DNA of 24,271 nucleotides. Origin: a virus. Lineage: Duplodnaviria > Caudoviricetes. Location: the IMG/VR virus record IMGVR_UViG_3300004112_000026, positions 1 through 24,271 of that record; one strand, written 5' to 3'. Of the stretch, positions 9,514 to 18,332 are shown in pieces; the stretch's first letter is position 1, and every line of letters starts with the position of its first letter. The position numbers and the translations under genes are program-made. The notes beneath the pieces are model-generated. The model was not told where the DNA came from, did no database searches, and saw only the letters and a list, made by a program, of their open reading frames with translations.

Positions 9514-9982
9514 GATTCGCTCTCATATCGAAACGATGAAACGGCACGCCATCAGGCCCGTGCGCTTGTGCATCGTGTATCGTAAACCCCAACCATTTAA
9601 GCCAAACAATGGCTCGCGTGTTGCGGGAATCCACGTAGTTCACCAAATAATTGTACAGCGTGGCCATGCGATCTACATACGCTTTATTGCGTCTTAAAAA
9701 TGCTTTTGCGTGTTGATCGATCTCGACTGTCCCAATCATCCACGGCACACCTACCGAGCCCAACATCGAGGCTGGCGCAACACCAAACATGCACACCGGC
9801 CGCCCGTCGACTGTGCCGGTCCAGCTCGCCGTCGAACAGGCGATCCCGTGTCTTAGCGCGTATTCCGGGCTCACGCGATTGGCTGCCCATAGTTCCTCCA
9901 CATCTTCTGGCCGGATGATGGGCAGCATGGGCGCCACGTGCTCGGGCAGCGCCTCAATCACAGCGTACTTATGCGCCGCCAA
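9506..9982 (-). CDS. GNAT-fold acyltransferase-like protein (T7 gp13 / internal virion protein A-like)
   Basis: Motifs 'IRPEDVEELWA', 'VCMFGV', 'GVPWMIGT', 'LVNYVDSRNTRAIVWLKWLGF' (GNAT motif B-like N..A..W...LGF); synteny after tail tubular B. Confidence 0.8.
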   Translation of the reverse strand: MAAHKYAVIEALPEHVAPMLPIIRPEDVEELWAANRVSPEYALRHGIACSTASWTGTVDGRPVCMFGVAPASMLGSVGVPWMIGTVEIDQHAKAFLRRNKAYVDRMATLYNYLVNYVDSRNTRAIVWLKWLGFTIHDAQAHGPDGVPFHRFDMRANHV

Positions 9983-12392
9983 CAGTGACCTCCGGAATGG
10001 CTGCTAAGATCGACAGCGGCAGCGGGTCAGACTGGCGAACGAACACCCGGCCTTCTTTACTCCAAGTTGCGGCAATCAGAATGTCGGCTACACCAGTGAG
10101 CAGCGCCACCGGATCGTCGTAACCTTCCTGGGCGCGCTGCTTGTACTCCACCAAGTTGCTCTCATCCCGGCCTGCAAAAATGCCGCGTGAATCTTCAACC
10201 AGCAAGCGCACGGCTTGCACGATTTTTTGCTTGTCTCGGATCGTCTCACCCGTGGGCGCGCTGATGTCTAACGTCTCAAAGTCGGCTTCAATCGGCAGGC
10301 CGATATGCACGACGGTTGCCGCCTGCACCAGAGCCACAGCACCGCTGGCCACCACCTCCTGTGGTGCAACATGGCCATCGGCCAGCACGTTGACAGTCTT
10401 GCCCTCTAAGTGCGACAACCCAGAAAAACTCTTGCGGGCATGCGCCCAATGGGTAGTGGCTGTGCTGCGCAGCTCGGTGGCCACGTCGCGGTTGATCGTC
10501 ACCGTGACTACCGTGCCGCTGGTGCGTGCCGTGATAGCCAAGCGCAGGATTCTGTCGTCGTCGGCGGTCAAATGAATCTCGCTACCCACATCGCCCGCCA
10601 CAAAGTAGCTGGCGCTGGCTGTTAGCGTAAACGTGGCCGCACTGCCGTAAGTCCACGCACCGCTGGAGGTGAGCGTCATGGTGGTAGCACCTGTATTTCT
10701 GCCATCGTAAGACAAGCCAGAATCGACAAAGAAGGCGTTCTTGATGTCAGTGATGTAGCGCGTGTTCATACGCTCCACATACCGCTTGGTGACACCACCG
10801 ATGGTGCGCTTGACTGCAATGTAGAGCGCGTCTTCTGTGCCTTCAGAGATCACGCACACGCTCTCAACCTCGCCGTCAGTGTCGTGCCGGTGCCAGCCAA
10901 TGACCTGCTGCTCGCGCATGTACGTCATTGACAGCAGTACACCATCGTCACGCACACACCACAGGCACGTAAAGGGCACCTGTTGATACGCCCATTCCTC
11001 AATTGTGTAGCCCTGCACCAGGTGCGAAGACAGAATCGTCAGGTCGTTGCCGGTGTAGGAATCGGACGCGAACTCATAGCCCAGATCCCGCACCGTCGAT
11101 CCCTTGTCCTGCAAGTACAGCGCCGTGTTGCCGATCACCTGCGGTGGCACCGTTGAGCTGCCGCGGTAGCCTTGCTGCTTGATGTTGATCGACGACGGCG
11201 AGATGGTGTCATTTTCGGCGCCTGCGACAATCCACTCGCCACCCGATGTCAGCAGCACCAGCTTGTCAAGTGTGAGCATGTGCCGGATTGCATTGACCTG
11301 GCGCGAGGCAATCGTAAAGTTGACCGCGTCATCATCAGCAATTGGATTGCTCTTGCCAAAATCCACGTAGGCATTGGTGCGCGACATCCACACGGTTTGC
11401 GGCTGCGCGGTGGTGTTCGCAAAACACAGTCGCTGCTGGTGAAATGCCACGCTGGCTGGATAGCCTTGATTGCCGCCCCAGGCTTCAAACGCCCACTTGT
11501 AGCTGGCCGTGGCGGTTGTCTCGTCCGGTATGCGCAAGATGACCGTCGCCGTTGCGCTCGTGCCGCTGGCCACAGCGGTGATGCGACAAATACCAAAGCC
11601 TGGGTGCAAGAAGCGCCAGGTCACCGCGCCGTCGGACCAGTCGTCGGCCTCGTGCGTTGGGCGCAACGAACCGGTGGTTGCCGCATTGGTTGCTTGGTAA
11701 TACTTGCCGTCAGAGCGCCGGATGTCATTTAACGCCACCGCTTTGCCGGCCTCCCAGGGCTGGCCAAAGTTTTTTTGTTCCAGGTAAAACAGCTGCCCGA
11801 CGTGATAGGACTGAAACAGCGAACCGCCACTGACTGTGAGCGTAACAGTGCCGGTCGTTGCACTGGATTGGACAATCAACGACGTGTTGGTGTTGATGTC
11901 TTGAAACGGGCCTTTGATGTTGTCGAACTCAGCCACGGTCCAAGCGTCGTGCGCGGTTCTGCTGATGGTGCGCGGCTGGTAACTTGGGTGGCACACGTAC
12001 AGCACGTCGGCCGACTGCGTGAAGTTGAGTAACGGAAGATCGGATTCCGACCAGGGTGTGGCCACGTTGACCGGCGAGCCCGCCGAGCCGCCCGAGCTGT
12101 AGACCACCTGGCCGCCGTCCTTGTAGACGCGCATGGTCTGGTGGCCAAACTCCAGCACATAGGTTTGCGTCGTCGAAAACGCGAACGGGATCAATCGATG
12201 GCGCCGGCTGCTGCTGGCGACCTCGGCCAAAAACTTTGTGCCGGCGCGATTGCGCACGCCGCCATAGGCTTGCACAATAAAATTGCGGCAGGTCTTTAAG
12301 CTCGTGCCGTAGCGTGCCAGGTCGACGCGACCGTACAGCGACGGCGAGAGCTCACCCCCCGTAAACGACGCCTGTATTAGGCTGCTGCCCAT
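9969..12392 (-). CDS. Tail tubular protein B (nozzle), 807 aa
   Basis: 'SFTGGELSPSLYGRVDL', 'YPASVAFHQQRLCFA', 'QQVIGWHRHDTDG', C-terminal 'PLPLSILA'; SD GGGGAG; follows tail tubular A. Confidence 0.88.
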   Translation of the reverse strand: MGSSLIQASFTGGELSPSLYGRVDLARYGTSLKTCRNFIVQAYGGVRNRAGTKFLAEVASSSRRHRLIPFAFSTTQTYVLEFGHQTMRVYKDGGQVVYSSGGSAGSPVNVATPWSESDLPLLNFTQSADVLYVCHPSYQPRTISRTAHDAWTVAEFDNIKGPFQDINTNTSLIVQSSATTGTVTLTVSGGSLFQSYHVGQLFYLEQKNFGQPWEAGKAVALNDIRRSDGKYYQATNAATTGSLRPTHEADDWSDGAVTWRFLHPGFGICRITAVASGTSATATVILRIPDETTATASYKWAFEAWGGNQGYPASVAFHQQRLCFANTTAQPQTVWMSRTNAYVDFGKSNPIADDDAVNFTIASRQVNAIRHMLTLDKLVLLTSGGEWIVAGAENDTISPSSINIKQQGYRGSSTVPPQVIGNTALYLQDKGSTVRDLGYEFASDSYTGNDLTILSSHLVQGYTIEEWAYQQVPFTCLWCVRDDGVLLSMTYMREQQVIGWHRHDTDGEVESVCVISEGTEDALYIAVKRTIGGVTKRYVERMNTRYITDIKNAFFVDSGLSYDGRNTGATTMTLTSSGAWTYGSAATFTLTASASYFVAGDVGSEIHLTADDDRILRLAITARTSGTVVTVTINRDVATELRSTATTHWAHARKSFSGLSHLEGKTVNVLADGHVAPQEVVASGAVALVQAATVVHIGLPIEADFETLDISAPTGETIRDKQKIVQAVRLLVEDSRGIFAGRDESNLVEYKQRAQEGYDDPVALLTGVADILIAATWSKEGRVFVRQSDPLPLSILAAIPEVTVGGA

Positions 12393-12996
12393 CGAGCACT
12401 CCCCGTATTGCGATAAATTCGGAATCTGGCGCCGATTGTTCGGTGCTTTCAGTCAAATTGCTTGCCGCTGCCGATGAGGCCACCATCATGTAAGCGCTGC
12501 GCGCCTGCTCGGCCACCTTGGGCTGTACAGCCAGCGGCATGGCAATTTCAGCGGCAATCAAATAGGACAGCGCCGAGGCAAACATGGGGTCGAAGATGGT
12601 GGGGTCTTCAATGCGCTTGGTGTAAATCAGCTCGGCCTGATCCAGGTTGCTGTAGATAACGCGCTGGCCGTTGTAGTAACCCGTCTCAAACGGAATACGC
12701 TGGTCGCTGCGCGGTGCGCGCAGGCCCGGCGGAACGATAGCGCGGGCCTTTAGGCAGTCACTGGGATAGACGTACATGTACTCCCAATTGGTTGGCGCGT
12801 CGCCCGCCTCAGACAATGCCACGCGGGTGTTCGCAAAATTCCACGGATAGTCGCGCAGCGCGTAGTCGCGCATCTGCTCGTAGAACAGCGCGCAGACGCG
12901 CGCTTCGTTGCTGGGCTCAGTCAGCGAAGAAATAAAACTGGACACGCCAACTCGTGCCAAGGCCATGTTGCAGATGGAGATGACGGACGCTGCCAT
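12352..12996 (-). CDS. Tail tubular protein A (adaptor/gatekeeper), 214 aa
   Basis: 'ICNMALARVG', 'LRDYPWNFA', 'YVYPSDCL', 'FDPMFASALSYLIAAEIA' typical of the T7 gp11-like family. Confidence 0.88.
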   Translation of the reverse strand: MAASVISICNMALARVGVSSFISSLTEPSNEARVCALFYEQMRDYALRDYPWNFANTRVALSEAGDAPTNWEYMYVYPSDCLKARAIVPPGLRAPRSDQRIPFETGYYNGQRVIYSNLDQAELIYTKRIEDPTIFDPMFASALSYLIAAEIAMPLAVQPKVAEQARSAYMMVASSAAASNLTESTEQSAPDSEFIAIRGVLDGQQPNTGVVYGG

Positions 12997-12999
12997 GGA

Positions 13000-13308
13000 T
13001 TAGCCCTGCCCGTACATGACTTCGGCTGGATCCTTGCGCTCACCTGGCGAGAGCTCCAGGTCAGTGAGCTGGATCTCCACACTCATCGACTTGCCGTCGT
13101 CTTGCGTCTCGTAGGCGCTGGTGCTTTTGACGTAGCCCATGGCCATGACGTTCATCTTCGCGCCCACGTCAGGCAGCGTCGTCATGCCAAGTTTTTCGAG
13201 CTCGTCCTTGCCCAAGTGCAGGCACAAGCCATACGGGTAGCGCGGCTCATCCGATTCGACCATGCCGGGTTTCTCTTCGACTTCTGGCTTGGATTTCATG
13301 TCGACCAT
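13000..13308 (-). CDS. Capsid staple-like protein (epsilon15 gp10-like), ~102 aa
   Basis: 'MVDMK...YPYGLCLHL...LEKLG...PDVG...VEIQLTDL'. Start moved from 13365 to ATG 13308, which has GGAG 6 nt upstream. Confidence 0.65.
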   Translation of the reverse strand: MVDMKSKPEVEEKPGMVESDEPRYPYGLCLHLGKDELEKLGMTTLPDVGAKMNVMAMGYVKSTSAYETQDDGKSMSVEIQLTDLELSPGERKDPAEVMYGQG

Positions 13309-13334
13309 GTCAGGCTCCGCTGTGAATTCGTAGA

Positions 13335-13355
13335 GCAAGGGCGCATAGCCCTTGC
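13335..13355 (-). terminator. GC-rich hairpin after the capsid gene block (weak terminator or stability element)
   Basis: GCAAGGGC-5nt-GCCCTTGC perfect 8-bp stem in the intergenic gap; no strong U-tract. Confidence 0.45.
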
Positions 13356-13361
13356 GGTGTT

Positions 13362-13580
13362 TCAAATAACTTCGCGCTCGCTCACAGGCACATCAGCCTG
13401 GATCTCGCTCAAGGCAATGGGCTCTTGCTTCTTTGCCCTGGCCTTGGGTTTTTCGACAGGTGTATCGTCAGCGACTGGCTCAAACCACTTGCCCTTGGCG
13501 CCTGGTTTGATCTCAAACACAGCGCCAGCGCGCTGACGCACACCGCCATAAAAGCCGTCAGTGATTGCTTTGACTTTCAT
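13362..13580 (-). CDS. Small conserved head-region hypothetical protein, 72 aa
   Basis: 'MKVKAITDGFYGGVRQRAGAVFEI...KWFEPV' plus Lys/Ala-rich tail; typical of genes following capsid decoration genes. Confidence 0.75.
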   Translation of the reverse strand: MKVKAITDGFYGGVRQRAGAVFEIKPGAKGKWFEPVADDTPVEKPKARAKKQEPIALSEIQADVPVSEREVI

Positions 13581-13595
13581 GTCGGTGCGCCCTTA

Positions 13596-14063
13596 TCAGA
13601 TGGCGTCAGCTGTGGCGACCCACTTGGCCACATCAGTGGTCAGGAAGGCGTTGATCTTGCCTGCTGTCACAGTGGTGGTGCCAATGGTGGCCAGAATGCC
13701 CAGATAGCGCTCATAGGTGCCATTAGGCAGCGCTACTGCAGCGATCACACCACCTGCATTCAAGGCAGCCGAGTTCGCCGCAGCGTCGTCGGTGACCAAA
13801 GATGCAGAGGTGTAGTGCACGGTCGCAGAGCCATCCGTGGCAATAGCTGCTGCTGCGTCGGACGCCAGCTGGAACTGGATCGTGCCGGCAGAGCCGCCGG
13901 TGATGATCTCCGTGTCAGTCTGGATGACCAGGTACAGAGGCTGGCCGTTGCCGATGTCGCTGGACGTGGCGCCCAGGTCAATCACGTCACCGATCAGCGC
14001 GGTGCCGGCAGAACCGGCGACCGAGACTGCATCGGCAAATTCATTACGCTCGTCGAGAATCAT
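13596..14063 (-). CDS. Capsid cement/decoration protein (Bbp16-like), 155 aa
   Basis: 'MILDERNEF', 'DIGNGQPLYLVI', 'YERYLG', 'TAGKINAFLT'. ATG 14063 has AAGGAAAG SD; the ORF-track start at 14150 overlaps the MCP gene. Confidence 0.85.
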   Translation of the reverse strand: MILDERNEFADAVSVAGSAGTALIGDVIDLGATSSDIGNGQPLYLVIQTDTEIITGGSAGTIQFQLASDAAAAIATDGSATVHYTSASLVTDDAAANSAALNAGGVIAAVALPNGTYERYLGILATIGTTTVTAGKINAFLTTDVAKWVATADAI

Positions 14064-14091
14064 GATGCTTTCCTTTCTTTGATTGAGCCGA

Positions 14092-15090
14092 TTAGATGCC
14101 GGACTCGGTGTTGGTGATGGCGTCGCAGCGGCGCACAGGGATACCGTCAAACATGGTGACGTGCTTGCCTGCTACCTGTTCGATAGTCAGGGTGGAAGCC
14201 GCGACCTTGTTGGCGATCTGGCGACGCAGGAACGAACGCAGCGTGCGGTTCATGTAGAACGCAGGACGGCCCATCGACAGCGAAGGGATCAGCTCCACAG
14301 CCTGAGTCATCAAATCGATCAGGTCAGGACCGGACGCGGCATTCTTGACCAGGTCTTCCTGATCGAGGTTGACGCGAACCACATAGCGCCAGTCACGAAC
14401 CGACAGACCGCAGTCCCAGCGATAGTGCGTGCGGTAGGCTTCCATGCGGCCGCCGTTGCCGTCCACGTTCTCGATGGTGACCTGGCCTTTGTCTTCCATG
14501 TTTAAGCCCGCCTTGCTGCCCTTGGGGTAGATGCCGTGGACAGTGTTCGGACCCCAGACCACCAGCCAGATCGAGGTGTTGTCGGTGCTGTCAGGTGTCG
14601 CTGCGCTGGTGATGATGTTGTCGCCATTTTCTGCCGACTGATCATTAAAGCGCGCACCAAAACCTGTGAAGGCTTCAGGCTCAGTGGCTTCGTTACCGTA
14701 GAACAGGGTCGAAGCAAACTCCTGGTTCATGCCTTCGATGTGCGCACGATCTTCCGAGAGACGAAATGCCGCGGTGTTGCCGTTTAAATCAGCCAATGCC
14801 TTGTCGACTTCGGCATACGCTTCGAGCATACCGGTCGCATCGGTCACTTGCACGGTGCGCGATTTGCCAGGCTGCACGCCGCCGTACAGTTTGCGCCACG
14901 TTGGGGTGGGCAGACCGGTGCGAATGGTGGTGCGGTGGCCGGTCGGCAGGTTACCTTCGAGCCAGACCATGTCGTCCAAGATCTCGTTGGTCTGGTTCAT
15001 GATCTCTGCGATCGTGTCGATCTTGCCCTGGGGGTCCAGACGCTTTGTCACGTCCAGCAGGGTTGGGTGGGTAGTTGCAAGGGTTGCCAT
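14092..15090 (-). CDS. Major capsid protein (BPP-1 Bbp17 / epsilon15 gp7-like), 332 aa
   Basis: 'PTLLDVTKRLDP', 'TTIRTGLPTPTWRKLYGGV', 'GLSVRDWRYVVR', 'FDGIPVRRCDAI'; strong SD GAAAGGAAG. Confidence 0.93.
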   Translation of the reverse strand: MATLATTHPTLLDVTKRLDPQGKIDTIAEIMNQTNEILDDMVWLEGNLPTGHRTTIRTGLPTPTWRKLYGGVQPGKSRTVQVTDATGMLEAYAEVDKALADLNGNTAAFRLSEDRAHIEGMNQEFASTLFYGNEATEPEAFTGFGARFNDQSAENGDNIITSAATPDSTDNTSIWLVVWGPNTVHGIYPKGSKAGLNMEDKGQVTIENVDGNGGRMEAYRTHYRWDCGLSVRDWRYVVRVNLDQEDLVKNAASGPDLIDLMTQAVELIPSLSMGRPAFYMNRTLRSFLRRQIANKVAASTLTIEQVAGKHVTMFDGIPVRRCDAITNTESGI

Positions 15091-15101
15091 TTAACTTCCT
15101 T

Positions 15102-15773
15102 TCATTTCATGTTGGGGAACATACGTTTGCTTTGGTCGGCTTCAGCGCCGCCGGCGTTACCGCCAACATGCGTGTCCTCGGCCATCGCTTTGCCAATGCG
15201 CGCAAACACTCGCACAAGCTCCGGGTGGTTTCCCATGCCGTATGAGTCGAGCGCTGATTTGAGCTCCGGCGTACCGAACTTGTTGATCGCGTTTTGAGCA
15301 TGTTTCACGCTGGGCGTAAAACTGTCGCCACCGATCTCCTTGTCCGATTTCATGTCGGATACCCACTTTGCAATCGTCTGGTTCCAGCTCTCCTGCTGCT
15401 GCTGTACGGACTTCTGCATTCGGTTGGCATATATGCTCGCCAGCTTCTGCGCTTGCTCGTTGTTCAGATTGAGCTCTCGCGCAATCGGATCAAACTCAGC
15501 TAGGGCTTCCTGGTCGAGCTCCATGCCATCGGGCAATTGAAACTCGTACTTTTCCGGTGGACCTTCGGGTTTCGCATCCTTGTTATCGGTCTGCTTGTCA
15601 CCCGTATCTCCGGTGCCTGCATCAGTGGTATCGCCAGACGCTTGATCTGGTTTCGCCTGGTTCACGTTGCCCGTCGGCTCAGTGGTCAGTACGGAACCAG
15701 CACCAGCTGCGTCGCCACCTTGTGCCGTGTTTGCGGTGTTGTCCTGCACGGCGTTGGTATCTGCGTCAGCCAT
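15102..15773 (-). CDS. Capsid scaffolding/assembly protein
   Basis: Acidic low-complexity N-terminus, 'PEKYEF', 'GMGNHPELVRVFARIGKAMAED', C-terminal 'MFPNM'; directly upstream of MCP. ATG 15773 preferred over 15785 on SD spacing. Confidence 0.82.
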   Translation of the reverse strand: MADADTNAVQDNTANTAQGGDAAGAGSVLTTEPTGNVNQAKPDQASGDTTDAGTGDTGDKQTDNKDAKPEGPPEKYEFQLPDGMELDQEALAEFDPIARELNLNNEQAQKLASIYANRMQKSVQQQQESWNQTIAKWVSDMKSDKEIGGDSFTPSVKHAQNAINKFGTPELKSALDSYGMGNHPELVRVFARIGKAMAEDTHVGGNAGGAEADQSKRMFPNMK

Positions 15774-16089
15774 TGGTTCTGTCATCCTCTTTGGATTCGT
15801 TCATCATCACGACGTACTGGTCAGCAGCTGCTGCCATCACGTCCGCCAAAACAATGAGGCCGATGTTGCGCTGGCCTTCATTAAAAAACGTGGTGCTGTT
15901 TCCCGTAAACGATGTGCGAAACACACCAGCCCGGTCGAGCAAACGCCACACAAATCGGCGACCTTCGCACGTGGACATCATCTTCTTCATGTCCGCCAGC
16001 TCGATGTCGCGCAAGCGCTCATCTTTGCGCTTGCGATCCTTGACCTGCGACTCTTCAGCCGCGTTGAAACTTTTGTCCTTGTCGCTCAT
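15766..16089 (-). CDS. Bbp19-like head protein, 107 aa
   Basis: 'EGRRFVWRLL', 'TFFNEGQRNIGL' signature; lies between portal and scaffold. Confidence 0.8.
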   Translation of the reverse strand: MSDKDKSFNAAEESQVKDRKRKDERLRDIELADMKKMMSTCEGRRFVWRLLDRAGVFRTSFTGNSTTFFNEGQRNIGLIVLADVMAAAADQYVVMMNESKEDDRTNG

Positions 16090-16124
16090 TTCTTTGGCGG
16101 CTTCTTGCCGTAGCCCTTCTTCAT
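16086..16124 (-). CDS. 12-aa Lys-rich micropeptide MKKGYGKKPPKK (not in ORF track)
   Basis: SD AAGGAG 5 nt before ATG 16124; its TGA overlaps the next ATG (ATGA coupling); fills the portal-Bbp19 gap. Confidence 0.6.
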   Translation of the reverse strand: MKKGYGKKPPKK

Positions 16125-16137
16125 GGCATCTCCTTTA

Positions 16138-17805
16138 TCACGCGGGCGCGCCGCGCAGGTTGTTGATCATGTTGGTCAGCGCATTCTCATCGGTGACCTC
16201 TGTCTCGGAGAGGGTCTTCGCGCTTTGCGCGCCCTGCTGCGCCATTTGCATGGCCATCATCGAGTTCTGCTGCTGGGCACGCTGGGCTCGCACCTCTGCC
16301 ACTTCGGCGTCGTCTTTGATGATCGACGGTGGCACGCCAAGCATTGAGCTGTACTCGTCAAGCGCTTGGTCAAAATCGATTTTGTCGAGCACCTGCGGGT
16401 TGGCTTGCGCCATCTGGCCGGCAAACTGCATCGTGCGCTCAATCGATGAGATGCCCACCATCTTCATGGCCTGGGCCATCACGCTGATGTACTCGACCGA
16501 CAGATCTATGCCCTGCAGCTCTTTGGGCGGCGGCGGGATCATGCCGACCTTCATCATGATGTTAAATGCGCGATCAATCAGCGGGTCCAGCAGCTCATCG
16601 TTTAGACGCTCAAGCACGGGACCGAGCATTAAAAGCTTCTCTTCGTGGCGCTCCTGGATCTCGCGGGCGGTGATGTTGCTGCGCGAATCGTTGGCAATCA
16701 TCAGGAACAGATCCTCGAAGAACGCACGGCGAATGCGGCCTTGGTTCTCCTGGATGTCCATCATCAGCTCGTTGATACGCGGGTTGATCTGGTAGGCAGG
16801 CGCAAATCCCTGGCCGCCTTGCTGCACATCCACGTAGGTCACATCACCCGGCAGAAGGCTGGCGCGCTGGTTGCGCAGCGATGAAGGCGCCGTCATCGGT
16901 GGATTGACCAGCTTGTCGATTGCCTGGGCCTTGCGTCGCTGCTCGAGCTGCAGCGCTTTGATGTCGCCTAACGCATCCATCGCTGGCGAATAGCCGTAGA
17001 TGTCCTCGCCCGTCAGCGCCCAGCGAGGCGCCATCAGCGGGAAGTCATCAAAGCCAGACTCGCGCAGAAACTTGTCCTGGTTGTTGCCTGCCTCGTAGTA
17101 AACGCTACGAAAACGCTTGTACTTCGATGCTGGCCGGCGCTGGTCGTACTCTTGATTGGGCTCAACCACGTGGATCACATCGATCCAGGCGTCCTTGTTG
17201 CCGCGCTCGTAGAGGTTCTTGACTGTTTCCGATACTTGATCGATGCCGAACTGGCCCACCACCTGCGACACCGACATTTGAAACTCACGGTAGCACGTGT
17301 CGACATTGCCGCGGTACGACACGCCCAGCATGTAGCTGCCAATCGGATATGGGTAGCAGCGGATCACATCCTCTTGGTCCTCGAGCACCGCAAACGCATT
17401 GGTGCCAAAAACACCTAAGTCACCGTAGGTAATGGGCAGCGTGGTGTACAGATTGCTGCGCAGGAAGACTTCAGTCATGCGCGTGCGCACCAGGTCCAGC
17501 CACATCTTGACCGGCTTGAATTCGTTTAAGCCAGGATCGGGCGTGCGCAGCGAGAACCACGGGCGCGCAGGTGACGTGATGCCCGACATCATGCCGGAGG
17601 CCAGTGTGCGCACCGCCAGTGTTGCGGTGTTATCGACGATCTTGGAATTCTTGCGGTCGCCCCGGTTGCGATCGGTGACAACAAAACGGGATTGGCGCGG
17701 CAGGATGTAGTCAGACAGCTCTCGCCAGTGCTCGATAAACGACGATCGCTCGGTCTTTAATGAGCCGAGGCGGCGGTTAAACTGTTCGCGCTTTGTTTCC
17801 ATCAC
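16138..17805 (-). CDS. Portal / head-tail connector protein, 555 aa
   Basis: 'LASGMMSGITSPARPWF', 'YGYSPAMDALGDIKALQ', 'TAREIQERHEEKLLMLGPVLERL' typical of T7 gp8-like portals. Confidence 0.93.
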   Translation of the reverse strand: MMETKREQFNRRLGSLKTERSSFIEHWRELSDYILPRQSRFVVTDRNRGDRKNSKIVDNTATLAVRTLASGMMSGITSPARPWFSLRTPDPGLNEFKPVKMWLDLVRTRMTEVFLRSNLYTTLPITYGDLGVFGTNAFAVLEDQEDVIRCYPYPIGSYMLGVSYRGNVDTCYREFQMSVSQVVGQFGIDQVSETVKNLYERGNKDAWIDVIHVVEPNQEYDQRRPASKYKRFRSVYYEAGNNQDKFLRESGFDDFPLMAPRWALTGEDIYGYSPAMDALGDIKALQLEQRRKAQAIDKLVNPPMTAPSSLRNQRASLLPGDVTYVDVQQGGQGFAPAYQINPRINELMMDIQENQGRIRRAFFEDLFLMIANDSRSNITAREIQERHEEKLLMLGPVLERLNDELLDPLIDRAFNIMMKVGMIPPPPKELQGIDLSVEYISVMAQAMKMVGISSIERTMQFAGQMAQANPQVLDKIDFDQALDEYSSMLGVPPSIIKDDAEVAEVRAQRAQQQNSMMAMQMAQQGAQSAKTLSETEVTDENALTNMINNLRGAPA

Positions 17806-18134
17806 TTCGTTCCCTTTGGCACGGAGTAGTAGCGGTTACCGTATTTCTTTACCTCAAACCCGCGTTCTTCCTCGCCCTTGACTGCTAAGTCCCAGGTCTT
17901 GTGTGACTTGCCTTTCAACAGCAGGTAGCTCTCGTCTGGCAAGCCGTACTTCTTCTTGTCCGCATCACTGGCCATCGTGACCGATCCCCAGTGGCCTTGG
18001 TTCTCGCCGCTGGCTGCTGGACCCATGCCAGCAGCCGTTGCGGTTTTGTAGTCATACCCAGAGCTCTCGGCATTAAATACCTGCTGCGCTGCTTGCGCTG
18101 GCGGCGCTGATCGCTGCATGCCAGGCAAACACAC
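17802..18134 (-). CDS. Small hypothetical virion-region protein with MC- leader and globular GHW..LLKG..H.TW..RYYS domain, 110 aa
   Basis: GTG start 2 nt after the upstream stop; stop overlaps the portal ATG; alternative ATG at 18119. Confidence 0.7.
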   Translation of the reverse strand: MCLPGMQRSAPPAQAAQQVFNAESSGYDYKTATAAGMGPAASGENQGHWGSVTMASDADKKKYGLPDESYLLLKGKSHKTWDLAVKGEEERGFEVKKYGNRYYSVPKGTK

Positions 18135-18136
18135 AA

Positions 18137-18331
18137 TCAGCCACCCAGCACGGTCTTAGGTGCTGCAGTGGCTGCGGCCATACTGTCCTGGGTGTTAGCG
18201 TCCATTGCAGCCATGCGCCGGCGTTGCTCATCCTGCTCCGCGTTTACGTCTACCGCAGGCGTGGCTGCAGGCTGCGCAACAGGTGCTGGCACTGGTGCTG
18301 GCTGCGATCTGCTACGTCCAAAAAAACACAT
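18137..18331 (-). CDS. Small MC- virion protein (T7 gp6.7-like position), 64 aa
   Basis: MCFFG start, Pro/Ala-rich, C-terminal KTVLGG; paralog of the upstream gene. Confidence 0.75.
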   Translation of the reverse strand: MCFFGRSRSQPAPVPAPVAQPAATPAVDVNAEQDEQRRRMAAMDANTQDSMAAATAAPKTVLGG

Positions 18332-18332
18332 T

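Noticed and set aside
15557-16795. 412-aa + strand ORF
   Set aside because: Antisense to portal, Bbp19-like and scaffold genes; Ser/Arg-rich shadow composition.
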